Source: Carcharhinus longimanus (lineage: Eukaryota). Taken from it: DNA of 64,000 nt. The stretch's first letter is position 1. The number at the start of each line of letters is the position of its first letter. Positions 23,617 to 35,830 of this stretch are shown piece after piece. Made by a program: the position numbers and the translations under genes. Under the pieces are notes generated by a model. The model worked only from the letters and a program-made list of their open reading frames with translations. It did not search any database and had not been told where the DNA came from. The stretch is taken from positions 66,855,174-66,919,173 of the forward strand of contig JASCQW010000032.1 in NCBI GenBank assembly GCA_030264375.1. The letters are read 5' to 3'.

Positions 23617-24766
23617 ACAGAGGTTCAAGAATAAAATTCTTAAATGTGACTTGCTCCCTCTTTGTGTCTGATACATGTTTGATCATAGAGCTGCAGCTTT
23701 GGAATATTTTGCCCCCTTGCAATGTTCCCATTGCACCAGAGTCAAGGAGTACGGAATTGTCTCAGAAAAGTTCTGTGATGTTTTAGGCCCTTGGACACTA
23801 GGGCTTTGAAAATAGTAGAAGAAGTAAGTTTCTGTCAGGTGCTGGCTTTGGTATGTGTAAAAAGTGAGGGTGTGACCGCTCTGTAACATCGATGACAGAG
23901 CGACTGTGGCCTTGTCACCACTGGCTTAAAAATGAATAAGCTTTAGTTTGAAACCAAATGATTAGATATGAATAAAGAAATGATGTACACAACTTTTAAC
24001 AATGAAATGTCTGTGGTAACTGAAGTTCTGTTCTAGTTGAAGAAGGAGGTAACTAACGCTTCAATGTGAGAAACGACTCGTTAATCATTTGTATTTTAGC
24101 CCCATAGAATGTTACTGGGGTCAACATTACCAGTATTGGGTAATTTATCATTTCAATTAGTTGTATTTTCCAAACAATGATATAAAGAACAGCTGGCAGA
24201 CAAGTTGACTTTCTCAATACGGGAGTTGACGATATCCTGTTTTATCGCATAGGGCAGAGGTAAGTTTCATGAAGCAATGGGGACAGCAGAAAAGAGAGAG
24301 ATTGTGATTTCCATTAAATTATGGTTTATATTTTAATCTTCCACCTTGCCAGGAAAGATCTAAGAAAAATTTGTAACTATAAAAAGCATCATATATTTTT
24401 ATTAACCAATGTTATTAAGTGAAATAAAACTCCACATCGTCACTGCCCGTATCGTGTGTACATCAGCACCACAATATGAGCCTCTTGGTATTGCAGTATG
24501 TGGCCTGTGATATACAGCACAATGGACTGCATTCTAAATTCTAGCAAACCTTTTCATTCACATTTTCAAGTTGTATATAGTTTGCTGGCACTGGTCATCA
24601 TGAACAACAGGGGCGTTATTTCAGGTAAAGCGTCACCAGGCAACTGATTTCTGGTGGTGAAGTAACTTTACGAGACCAATTCCATTTTTAACAGGCAATC
24701 TAGTTATTTGGACATTCGACTCTGTGTTTCTGTCCATTATCCTGTGAAAATAAACAAACAGCTTTT

Positions 24767-25085
24767 GGGGCGACATGGTAGCACACTGGTTAGCATGCTG
24801 CATCACAGGAGTTGAGTTCGATTCCTGGCTTGGGTCATTGTCTATGTGGAGTTTGCATGTTCTCCCCATTTCTGCAAGGTGCTCCAGTTTCCTCCCACAG
24901 CCTAAGGTGTGCGGGTTAGATGCATTGGCCATGCTAAATTGCCCCCTGATGTCCCAGGATGTGTAGGTTAGAGGGATTAGCTGTTAAATATGTGGAGTTG
25001 CAGGGATAGGGCTGAGGTGGGATTGTTGTCAGTGCAGACTTGATGGGCTGAATGGCCTCCTTACGCACTGTAGGGATTCTATGAT
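24767..25085 (+). mobile_element. HE1/V-SINE-type SINE, tail type A
   Basis: Head tggttagc...gagttcgattcc; tail gatgggctgaatggcctcctt.cgcactgtagggattctatga. Confidence 0.85.
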
Positions 25086-25227
25086 TTGTAGGGGCAATGC
25101 ATTGTTTCATCAGCACTTCAACATCGGGCATGCAGAGCAATATGATGGATACCAGTTGGATGCAGGTACGTGATATGAAACAGCGTTATGGAGGGCACCA
25201 TCTTTAGCTGCATTATGGAGAAATCTG

Positions 25228-25363
25228 GGCCTGGATTCTCCACTCTCTCACATTCCTCTACCATTGCCAGTGAGGACAGCAAATGTGGTGCTCAGCCTTA
25301 TCTTTATTTACAGCAGCGGGACTGGAGAATCCCAGCCATGGGCAAGTAGGGAGAATTCCAGCC
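25228..25363. mobile_element. PIF/Harbinger-like MITE
   Basis: Terminal inverted repeats ggcctggattctcc / ggagaattccagcc; 3-bp TSD CTG (25225-25227, 25364-25366). Confidence 0.7.
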
Positions 25364-25959
25364 CTGAGCTTTGGTAGCATTAGGAATGGTTGGACAGTAT
25401 CAGGATGACATCCTGCAGTTCAGTAGTATGTAAGGGACCTTAGAGCTTGGCAATATTCAGGCAAGATGCCTTGATTTTAGTTGTATAATGATGAGAAGTG
25501 TTGGACTTTGGCGATGTCCAGAAAAGAGAAAAATATTTGCATTGATTTGATACTGTTCGCGACTATTTTACAGGCTGGTGTAAAATACAATTTTCCATAT
25601 TTTGCAGCAGCTACTATGTGTCTCCTATTGCACAAACAGATTGACTGTGATTTTCTTTTGAGCCATGCACCCAATCAATTAAAATTCTAGCATTTTGGGG
25701 ACAGCAGACTATTATATGAAAGGAAAATATTGGGTTCCAAGTGGTAAAATGGATTTTGAGAATATGGTTTCAGATTGAGAGTTATGCTGGAAGCTGCTTT
25801 AGTTTGGTCAAGGAAAATCTGCTCTTTCTTCTAAGCGACTGGGTGTTATGATTAATGTTTCTGTTCTTCCACCATTTGTACTTCGGTATGAAAATAGTAA
25901 AGTAAAATGGTGCCTCATCCTTAACATTATTTCATCTTCTATCTTTTTTGAAATGCTTT

Positions 25960-26170
25960 GAATGGAATTTTGAACTTGCTGCCCAATCTCTCCTTCCCCC
26001 ATTAAGGTGCTCCTTAAAACCTGCCTCTTTGACTGAGCTTGTGGTCACGTGTTCTGATATATTCTTATGTGTCTCAGCATCAAGTGTTAACTGGTAGAAC
26101 ATTCCAAGGCACTTCACAGGAATGTTATGACATTAAAGGTGCTATATAAATGCAGCTTGTCGCTGCTGTT
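25960..26170 (+). mobile_element. L2 LINE 3' end
   Basis: ctccttaaaacc..cctctttgac ORF end and ttaaaggtgctatataaatgcagcttg tail. Confidence 0.65.
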
Positions 26171-26254
26171 TTTGATCCTGAATCAGTTTTCAGTTAAAGT
26201 TTAAATAAAGATGTTCATCTTACTTCCGGAAGTATAGTACAATGTCTCACATCC

Positions 26255-26530
26255 CCAGGTTAAAGTCCCATAGATTTATTTGGAATCACAAGCTTTCAGA
26301 GTGCTGCCCCTACATCAAGTGAATGGAGGTTAATTCACAAACACGGCATATATAGGCAAAGGCACAATTGCAAAATAATTGCAGATTAGAATGTGAAGAA
26401 TGGTTGGAATGCGAGTCTTTACAGGTGATCAATTCTTTATGAACAGTGCATGTGGAGAGAGGGTTAAAGAGGTGTGAATTGTCTCAAGCCAGGACAGTTA
26501 GTAGGATTCTGGAAGTATAGCAGGCAAAGA
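26255..26530 (-). mobile_element. Penelope-like element terminal-repeat fragment with decayed hammerhead motif
   Basis: Minus strand cacTTGATGTaggggcagcactctGAAAgcttgtgattccaaataaa...ggactttaacctgg. Confidence 0.6.
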
Positions 26531-26732
26531 CATAGACGCAGAGATAGAAAGAAAACACCATTTGCTATCCTAATTCTCTCTTCTTCTTAGAAGAATTTAA
26601 ACATCTCGGATGAACAAGGAGACTGATTACTGTTAGCTGTGTTTAAGTGAACGTGGAAAAGTCATTCTAATCGTTGCCAATTATCAGACACAGTGATATA
26701 AGCAGATCCAAAAACCAATTGATGAATTCAGT

Positions 26733-26858
26733 GGGCGGGATTTCCTGGCCGCTCTTGCCCCAAAACTGGAAAATCCCACCTGAGGTCAATGGACCTCTCC
26801 ATGGTCCACTCCTCACCTGCTCCGATTTCCATGGTGGCGGAGCGGGACAATTCATCCC
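26733..26858. mobile_element. PIF/Harbinger-like MITE
   Basis: gggcgggatt... / ...aattcatccc termini; TSD AGT (26730-26732, 26859-26861). Confidence 0.65.
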
Positions 26859-26929
26859 AGTGCCTTTTAGAAACTTACAAATCAATGTTTACACACGGAG
26901 GATCTCAGCAATCTATCACCCAATTCTTT

Positions 26930-27257
26930 GGGACGGCATGGTGGCATGGTGGTTAGCACTGCTGCCTCACAGCACCAGGGACTCGGGTTCAATTCCAGCC
27001 TTGGTTCACTGTCTGTGTGGAGTTTGCACACTCTCCCCGTGTCTGCGTGGGTTTTCTCCAGGTGCTCCAGTTTCCTCCCACAGTCCAAAGATGTGCAGGT
27101 TAGGTTGATTGGCCATGCTAAATTGCTCCTTGGTGTCAGGGGGACAAGCAGGGTAAATATGTGAGGTTACGGGGATTCAGCCTGGGTGGGATTGTTGTCA
27201 GTGCAGACTCGATGGGCCAAATGTCTCCTCCTGCTCTGTAGGGTCTCTATTATTCTG
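26930..27257 (+). mobile_element. HE1/V-SINE-type SINE, tail type A, near full length
   Basis: A box (tggttagc) and B box (gggttcaattcc), central domain and CR1-like tail. Confidence 0.9.
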
Positions 27258-27299
27258 TGAACAGCTGTGGCTTCAGTAGAGGCAGAGACAGACTACTCC

Positions 27300-28560
27300 A
27301 ATCCAGGCTCTGATACTCATATACTTGCCTGATGTCCTCCGGTTTTGGAGTCCATGAACACCCCATCAAAGATTGCCGCACCTAAACTAGTGCGGAGCAG
27401 AGTTGGCCACTAGGATATGAAGCAGCAAGTGGGGTACTGTCTGAGGGGTGGGGATGCAATAACAGGAATTCCCATTTCCGCACCCCCTTTTGCAAACTTT
27501 CTGTAATAGTTAGCCACTCTTCCTGCTGACAATAAGCTGGATATCATTTGGCTGCATATTAATAGGGCTCAGAAGGGCTAATGTTGGTCTTCTGCGTTGC
27601 AGTGAAGGTAGCATACAGGGTGTGCGAGCTATTGGTCAGGTCACGTCTGCACTGGTGCGACTGCCACGTTTAATGCACCGAGCGGATGGCCTCTTTTTCC
27701 ATGGAGGAAGACATTGTTGGAAAGACCTGTCATATCATTGTCACTCATGCTTTCAGACAGACTCCTCCAAGCTCTCGACAAACATGCACAGTGTGGCTGG
27801 AATGCAAATGTAACGCTTGCTGACAGCCCCAATATTCAGTTACTGTTTCCAGCCGCACAGAGCTTGGTCAGTTCCTCACCCTTTCCTCTGCTGCCCCTGT
27901 CTCCACCATTTTCACAACTTGGTGATGTGAGTCAACAGGCAAAAACCCAACTCTGTCTTACTGGCCTTACCAAAGGATCTGAGCGGGTGCCTGGTCTGCA
28001 TGAGTCCTGTGATGGTGCACTGTGAGAAGGAATGCCCTTCCCTGATGCATTGTTTTCGTTGTTGGTCAGCTAGTCACTCGTGTGGGATGTTTGAAGGCCT
28101 TGTGAAAGATAAAGAACGTGGATAAATACTTGTCAAAGTGAGAAAGTTTAACACTATTGTTATCATACTTCTCTCATGGTTGACATCAAACCAGTATGCC
28201 TTGGTGTTGTTTGTCGTGTGGCAGTCTGATACCTCATTTTGCCTCCTGGTAGCTGGGAGGCCCCCATCTCCCCATCTGCGATGAGTTGGGTCTCTGAGAG
28301 TCCACTGTTGTCCAGGGTCCAGTGTCCTGTGCCTGCTCCTTAGCATTTGTGAGTTGGAAGATGGCCAGGAGATCTCCTCCACTTCTCCGTTTCTCCCTCA
28401 TGTTTGGCATTATCTTCTCCTGTAAGGAGGGAAAGAAGAGACTTCTGAGTGAAAGTGAAAACATGTGCAGAATGGAGACTACCTGTTAAGAGTGGTTATT
28501 AGGGAGAGGCATGCCTTTACGTGGATTAGGGTTAATGACTCCCTTTGGGGCAGTGGCTTT
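27300..28560 (-). mobile_element. Decayed Harbinger transposon Myb/SANT-like gene remnant
   Basis: After acceptor ccttacAG| (28421-28420) the frame reads EKIMPNMREKRRSGGDLLAIFQLTNAKEQA, resembling the K..HN.RE...TGGG....LT..EE motif that follows the trihelix/Myb domain in Harbinger ORF1 proteins. Confidence 0.5.
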
Positions 28561-28739
28561 ACTGTTCTGTTGACAGCTCCCTCTACTTGCCTTTGGTTGG
28601 TCCATTCGTAATCAAGCTTGTGATTTTCTCTTTTGTACCAGATATTTATTTCTGGTTCAGCAGCCTGAACAGTATGCAAGATAATCTTAGGGATTGCTAA
28701 ATGATCCTTTCCTTGTTGGTGATGTGCTGATGGAGTGTT

Positions 28740-28900
28740 GCGCATGCCATCTTTTTAATAAGATGTTAAATTGAGACCATTGTTCCTTGTTCACTTGAAT
28801 AGAAATAGCCTATGGTGTTAGTTGGAAAAGGGTCGGGATTCCTCCTTGCATGTTGGCAAATATTAATTCCTCAAGCAACGTCATCCAAACAGGACAACTT
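28740..28900 (+). mobile_element. Deu-domain SINE fragment
   Basis: gatgttaaattgag.cc...tggcaaatattaattcctcaa.caac, similar to 46335-46585. Confidence 0.45.
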
Positions 28901-28989
28901 GTGAACAGACAACACGCTATTTCAGTAATTCCCTCCGGCCATCTCTTAGTCTGCCATTATCACTGCAGTGGAGAAGAGATTCCCTCCAA

Positions 28990-29480
28990 ATGTAGAAACA
29001 TAGAACCATACAAAAGTTACAGCACAGAAGAAGGCCTTCGGCCCACCTTGCCTGTGTCAGCCTGAGGACATCCAGGTGCCTTTTCTAATTCCATCTTCCT
29101 ATACCCAGCCCATAGCCTTGTAGCTTATAGCACTTTAGGTGCAAATCATAGAGTCATAGAATCTACAGTGCTGAAGGAGGTAGTTTGGCCCATTGAGCCT
29201 GCACTGACAACAATCCCACACAGCTCCTATCTCCGTGATTACCACTCTTTGCTTAAAAGAATTTCTACCTCATGCCCCCTCTGCACCTTCTGCTACTGGT
29301 TCATGTGGTAATCTGTCATGAGGAGATTCCTAAATTCTTTCATAGTCATAGAGACGTACTGTGCAGAAAAGGCCATTCAGCCCATCAAGTCTGCACCGAT
29401 AATAACCACCACCAAAGTTCTGCTAATCCCATTTTCCAGCACTTGTCCCATATCCTATGGCGTTATGGTGTTCCAAGTGA
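28990..29480 (-). mobile_element. Cluster of CR1/SINE 3'-tail fragments
   Basis: Three successive catag...acag..cag/aaggccattc.gcccat tails at about 28995, 29146 and 29340. Confidence 0.65.
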
Positions 29481-29877
29481 TCACCCAAAACTTCTTCCTC
29501 TTTTTCTGCTTCAACTCGTGCCTCTTCATCACAAACTTTCTTGCCCATTTGTCCATTTTGTTATTTTGTTTTGAGCTGGAAGGTTCTGGTGTTCAAAGCC
29601 CATTGCCAGATATGAGCACGTGACCCAAGCCAATACTTAGAGTTTCTAATTAAACAGAGGGTCCAAGTTGATGTAAATGATTGATGGTACAACTTGAAGA
29701 GGAAGAGGAAAATATGACCCCCTTCTTCACAGAAATCTCAAGTTTTATTGCCCACTTAGAGTGGTTGCAAAATGGAANNNNNNNNNNNNNNNNNNNNNNN
29801 NNNNNNNNNNNNNNNNNNNNNNNNNNNNNNNNNNNNNNNNNNNNNNNNNNNNNNNNNNNNNNNNNNNNNNNNNNNNN

Positions 29878-30000
29878 GAAACCCACGCAGACTATAGGAG
29901 AACGTGCAAACTCCACACAGACAGTGACTCGAACCGGAGTTGAAGCCAGGTCCCTGGCACTGTGAGGCAGCAGTGCTAACCACTGTGCCACCATGCTGCC
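29878..30000 (-). mobile_element. HE1/V-SINE-type SINE 5' half (remainder in gap)
   Basis: Head ggcagcatggtggcacagtggttagcactgctgcctcacag on the minus strand. Confidence 0.85.
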
Positions 30001-30039
30001 AGTCTTGTTAAAATTTTGAAGCATTGAAGACCGACTTTG

Positions 30040-32160
30040 ATCTTTTTACTAATATTATTTATGAACGCTAGTATTCAACACCAGAGTTCAGGAAGAGGGG
30101 GTGAATATTGAACTGTATGGGACTGCACTTGAGACACCTAGCTGAATTTATGAGTTTGAACACCTGAAGGATGATCTGATCCAAGATATTTGGAATGAGA
30201 AATCCAGCAAGCACAGCAGGCCTGATGAGAGAAGAGAAACCTACTCTGAAGAAAGTTGATGTGCAGAAGCTCTCAAGTGGTCAATCATCAGCTGAAGATT
30301 ATTGATGGGAGAACTGTGAAGCTTTGTATTATGGAGAGAAGCAGCTCAGGCCTTCCAAACACAAACCAATAGAGAAAAGGGAGAACTATTTACAGAGAAG
30401 CCAGCAGAAAGGTGAAAGCCAGAGTACTGGATGTGTATATTGTGGAGGACATCATACAGAAGAAAAGAAAGTGTGTCCATTGTGGGAAAAGCAGTGTTCA
30501 GACAAGAAGGAGCTGGAATACTTTGCATACAAGTGGTTTGCTGGAACAAAGAAAATAAATCCTGTGAAGAAGGCTGCTGGAGAAATATAGGCCGAGAGCT
30601 CTGACAAATCAGTCCACATCCTAGAACAGCCTGGCATCATCAAGTCCAAGTAAAAATAATTTGTGACTATTANNNNNNNNNNNNNNNNNNNNNNNNNNNN
30701 NNNNNNNNNNNNGAGCCTTGCAGACCTATATAAATTTGTTTAAGGTGGCGATCTGAAAATGAAGCTGTCAAATGTAAAGTTGAGGCTACATGATGGAACA
30801 ATACTCACCCCAAGATGGAAAACTAAGCTAAGAGGCAATGCAATTGGAAGAAAGAAGATTTGCAGTCCAGAAAGTGGATACTAAAAAAAAAATCCCTGCA
30901 TCTCAGCTGAAATAAGTCAAAAGTTTGGACTCGTATACCTTCATGTACCAGAAGAGATTTGCAGTGTTTCTTTCACATGAAACCAAGGCATCGACTGCTG
31001 AACAAACCCAGAAAAATTTTTTAAAAAGTTTTCACAGATCTTGGATGTCTTGCCAGTGAATGTAATCTTGAAGTGGATGAGAACATGAATCCAACTTAGC
31101 ATCCTACAAGGGAAAATTCGAGATGCCCCCAAGCCTAGCCCACAAGATAGAGGAAGATAAAGGAACTTGGGGAAATAGAAATAGTCAAGAAAGTGACAAC
31201 TCCTACAGACTGAGTTAGCAGCAGAGTAGCAGTGAAATAACCTGGAAAGCTAAGATTGTGCATTGATCCAAAGGACATCAACAAAGATTTGAAGGCACCT
31301 TACTACCCCTTGCCAACCAGTGAAGAAATCTTGCCACAACTGCCAAGGCAGAGGTCTTTGTCACTGTAGATGCAGAAGATAGATGATGGCAAGAGAAGTT
31401 GGACGAAAGCAATAGTTTTCCCGACGATGAATTGGGTGATATTTAGGAGGCACAGATGGATCCACATGTCATTTGGTATTTTTACTGCTCCAGGAGACTA
31501 TTAAATGCAAACAGCATGAGATAGTCAATGATATTCCAGGGGCAGGAGTGAGTAGATGATCTGATAGTTGAGATACAATGGATGCACCATCACAAACAGT
31601 GATCAGAATCTAGCAAGACCACTCGCGAGAGATCATCTGAAACTGAACAAGAGAAGACTGCAACAGAAGATGTGCTGATAGCAATAGAACTTTGCCCTTA
31701 TCCTGGTAAGTGTGAGCTGTATCCAAGATGTTGCACCAACATATCTGAAGACAGTGCAATGATTTGTTGGACCTGTGAACTACCTAACAGAGTTCTTGCA
31801 TAGTTTGTCATCAGAGTGTGAACTTCTGCACAAACTCACTGAAAAGAATGGCATTGGGACAGGGAACAAGAAGCAGCTTTCATTTGCATCAAACGGCTAG
31901 TGATGACAGCATGGTGCTGCGATACTGTGGTGTCAACAACAAACCTACAGTGTGATGCCAGTGAAACAGGACTTGGAGAAACCCTCATGCAGCGAGGTTT
32001 GCATCAAAGTGTTAGCACAACTGGATGGTGTAATATCCAGATTGGTGGCATTCCTGACATTGCGATAAGTGACAATGCCTCTCAGTTCATGAGTGAAGAA
32101 CTCAGGCACTTCATTAATGATTGGGAAATTCAGAACTACACATTACCTCCACGCTAACGT
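30040..32160 (+). mobile_element. Degenerate Gypsy/Ty3 LTR retrotransposon gag-pol
   Basis: Frameshifted gag (YER..FNTRVQEEG, HLKDDLIQD, CVYCGGHH..CP), RT (GKLRLCIDPKDINKDL..PYYPLPTSEEILPQL, VFVTVDAED, MSFGIFTAP), RNase H (QCDASETGLG.TLMQ) and integrase (GIPDIAISDNASQFMSEELRHF). Confidence 0.85.
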
Positions 32161-32174
32161 CAGAAAAATTATGG

Positions 32175-33055
32175 ATTTTGAACATCACTATCAAGTCTCA
32201 TCTCAACCTTCTATAAGAAAAATAACATCACCTTCTCCAATCTATCCACACAACTAAAATATTCCTTGGGACAATGTTTGTCAATCTATTCTGCACCTCT
32301 CGAATGCCTTCACGTGCCTGAAGTATGGTGCCCAGAACTGGATCCAATTCTCCAGCTGAGATTAAATATTGTTTTATAAAGGTTTGTCATAGCTTCCTTG
32401 CTTTTGTAGTCTATGCCCCTATTTATAAAATGTAGGATCCCCTTTTCTCAACCTGCCCTGTGACCTTCAATGATTTGTGCACATATACACCGAGGTCTTT
32501 CTGTTCTTGCATCCCCTTTAGAATGGCACCCTTTATTTCATATTGCCACTCGTTCTTTCTACCAAAATATATCACACCTCTGCATTAAATTTCATTGACC
32601 TCATGCCTGCCCTTTCCAACAGCCTATCTAAGTCTTCTTGAAGTCTATCTCCATCCTCCTCACAACTCACAATATTTTCAAGGTTTGTGTCATCTGCAAA
32701 TTTTGAAACAGTGTTCTGTACACTAAGGTCTAGGTCATAAACATGCGTTAAAAAAATATTGGTCCTATTATACCAACCCCTCGGGAACCCTACTGTATAC
32801 TTTCTTTGAATCTGAATGTAGTTTTGTGCAACCACTTTCTGTTTTTTCTCATTCAGCTGATTTCATATCCATGTGTTAATGCAAATGAATGATGTAATGT
32901 CACATTATATCATTACATCATCATATCATCACATTATCCTTATCAACCCTCCCTGTTATCTCATCAAAAAACATTAATCAGATAAACACAATTTGCTTTT
33001 CAAAAATCTGTGCTGGCTTCTTTAATGTCCAAGTGACTGCTGATTTTTGTCCCAG
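32175..33055 (-). mobile_element. CR1 LINE fragment (RT to 3' region)
   Basis: VYDLDLSVQNTVSKFADDTNL..IVSCEEDGDRLQEDLDRL...MKFNAE in ORF 32572-32835. Confidence 0.85.
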
Positions 33056-33057
33056 TT

Positions 33058-33352
33058 TCATAGAATCCATAGAATCCTATAGTGTAGAAGGAAGCCATTC
33101 GGCCCATCGAGTCTACACCGACCACAATCACATCCAGGCCCTATCCCCATAACCCCATGTATTTACCCTAGCTAGTCCCACTGAGTAAGGTGCAATTTAG
33201 CATGGCCATTCCACACATCTTTGGACTGTGGGAAGAAACCTGAGCACTTGGAGGAAACCCACACACACATGGGGAGAATGTGCAAACTCCACACAGTCAC
33301 CCAAGCGGTTATCGAACCCAGTCCTCGGTGCTGTGAGGCAGCCACCGTGCAG
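33058..33352 (-). mobile_element. HE1/V-SINE-type SINE, tail type A
   Basis: (catagaatc) tail repeats, central domain and partial head. Confidence 0.85.
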
Positions 33353-34059
33353 TCCTAAATTGTTAACTTGTTAAAAGCTTTTCCACCATCCAAATTACTG
33401 AATTTATCCTTATGCCCTTGTTGCAAAATAGACATGGACGCACAATGTTAAGTGATGCCAAGTCACCTATATCAAAAAGTAACACAAGACTTTAAGCCAG
33501 TAGAGGTTGAACCACCTAAGTCCAAGGTTGTAGCTTATGGTGTTTCAAGTCTGCCCAATAGAGGTCAGCTACATATTCTGGTTAATGTAGTGACTGCAGG
33601 TTTAAGTTAGACAGTAACCTTTGCTAGCAAGACTACCTTTGTTGGTAGAAATATCTACCTGGACGTTAAGTACACTGAAAATGATGAAGTTAGCAAAACA
33701 TCCTATATACAAAACAGTATACAAAATCAACAAAAACAAGCACTAATTTAATACTTTTGAATTCAATTCTAATGTTTAACACTAAAACACCTTTGTGTAT
33801 TTAATGACATCCAAGGACAAGCTGAGGAAGTGAACTGAATTAGGCTCATCAAGGCAGTATTTCAGATCCAACATTGTCTGCATTGAGTTTCAGTGGCTTT
33901 AACAAAACAAAACTCTGGCTGGCCTGATCTGACAGGGGATCATTGTAACATTGATAACCTAAGGGATCAGTTTGATCTTAATTGTGCCTAAGATGAATGG
34001 TACACTATGAATATGCTGAAATCCCAAAGACTTAAGGCTTTCATGTGGAGTATTAGCTT

Positions 34060-35830
34060 TTATCAACTATTCAAGATGAAGCAGTTACTTAATCTTGCTG
34101 CAGTGAATGACCCAACTTAGAAACAACTGCGTGTTACCATTTGGCATAGCTGGCTGCTCTGGGATGAAGCAAGAGATATCTGATAGTCTTTCCCCATTAT
34201 TTGACTTATTGAGGTAATCTAACAGCCCAAGAGAAATTGAGATTCAAGGGACAATAACTCATGGCACCAGCTATCTAGGAAAAGGAATTAATATCGTAGC
34301 TCATTCAGCACAAAAAGTTGTACCTTAGAGCCCACTATAGCATCAATAAATTGCAGAGTGTGCCGTATGTTTGACTCATTGCAGGTTTCTAAGCAAAGAA
34401 CCATTAGTACAATAAGAAAATGTAGCTAAATCTGGTTGAAGACTGAAACTCATCTTTGTGAAGTACTATACTTTTGGATGACTATTATAGTAATTTTAAT
34501 TAAGTTTCTAACCTGACTTCAGTTACCACAGACAGTTTTCTAATTGAACACCAAGATTTGTAACACCAGACATCCTCATAACAGACGGATATCCACAAAG
34601 CACATCTTTGGAAAGTGCAGTGTTTGTCAAAACTTGGAGATTTAAACATGTCCTCACCTATCTGCAGTCTAATGGCAAAACAGGTAACCTAAGGAGATCA
34701 TCAAATGGCTCTTCACAAAATGCACAGAGTCGCTTCAGATTGTAACTCTCCTTAGATTGGTGCAACATATGAAGTGAGGGTGTAGGCAAGACATTCAATT
34801 ATGGGACATAGGTGAAAGATACTAGTTCCTGAAGTTCCTAAAGCCTCAATACATAACTTGGGAAGACATTTGTGCATTCATTGGCATGAGGAAACAGCAG
34901 CAATATTACTACAATGGATATGTCAAATCACTTCAAGCAGTACACCCTTGCGATACAGTGCTGGTGAAACTCACTATTCTGAATACTTGGATTGCTGGTA
35001 TTTGCAGAAATGTGGTGGGTTTGAGAAGTTACATTGTGCAATCACACTGTATGAATAGTTGTCAATTGATTTATGTTGATAAGTTGCCTCTAAACAATAC
35101 TCTTGAGATTGAGGACCTTTCTGAAATGCAGGTGCCTGGTGGTCCTCTTTAGGTGGGCACAGTGACACAGCGGTTAACATTGCTGCCTCGCAGCACCAGG
35201 GATCTCGGTTCCATTCCACTCTTGGGTGACTGTCTGTGTGAAGCTTGCATGTTCTCACCGTGCCTGTGTGGGTTTCTCCGGTTTCCTCCCACAGTCCAAA
35301 GATGTGTGGGCTAGATTAATTGGCCATGCTAAATTAATGTCAGGGGGACTAGCAGGGTAAATACATGTGTTATTGGTATAGTGTCTGGTGGGATTGTTGT
35401 CAGGATAAGCTTGATGGGCCAAATGGCCTCCTTCTGCACTGCAGGGATTCTATGGTAACTCTTAATTGGCCACAGTCTCCAAAGTGACAACAACTCCAAT
35501 GCGAGAATATTCCGGCAATTAAGCAGCAATTATGATCACTGTTCTGGAAGACAGCACCAGCCTGCATCTGAACTGAAGAACTCTTTAGAGCCTGTTTGTA
35601 TTTGTGTTTGTTTCAGCTGAATTTATGAGTTCCATTATGCATATTTCAGTTTTAAGCCCCTTTTTTCTTTGAAGGGAAAGATGTGACACATTTGGTGCAC
35701 ATTGTGTGGCATTTACATGTTCATCATGAAGCGCATGTGATTCATCTTATGTTCTCTCACTTGTTTATCCTGGTCAGAGTTGGAATCCTCAACACCTGTG
35801 GGTTCATTGTTACTTTATATACTTTAAATA
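34060..35830 (+). mobile_element. Second degenerate Gypsy segment: integrase, polypurine tract and probable 3' LTR
   Basis: DP.L.QL..TI.H.W, YLQSNGKT, QQYYYNG...DTVLVK...W.AGIC...GLRSYIVQ motifs; PPT gaagggaaaga followed by TGT at about 35682; HE1 SINE inserted at 35155. Confidence 0.7.
35155..35455 (+). mobile_element. HE1/V-SINE-type SINE, tail type A
   Basis: Head, central domain and tail gcactgcagggattctatgg. Confidence 0.85.

Noticed and set aside
26930-27010. tRNA-like A/B boxes
   Set aside because: These are SINE heads, not tRNA genes: no complete cloverleaf, and they continue into the SINE body.
30221-30245. CTGATGAG...GAAAC hammerhead-like string
   Set aside because: No stem II closing pair; it lies within Gypsy gag coding remnants.
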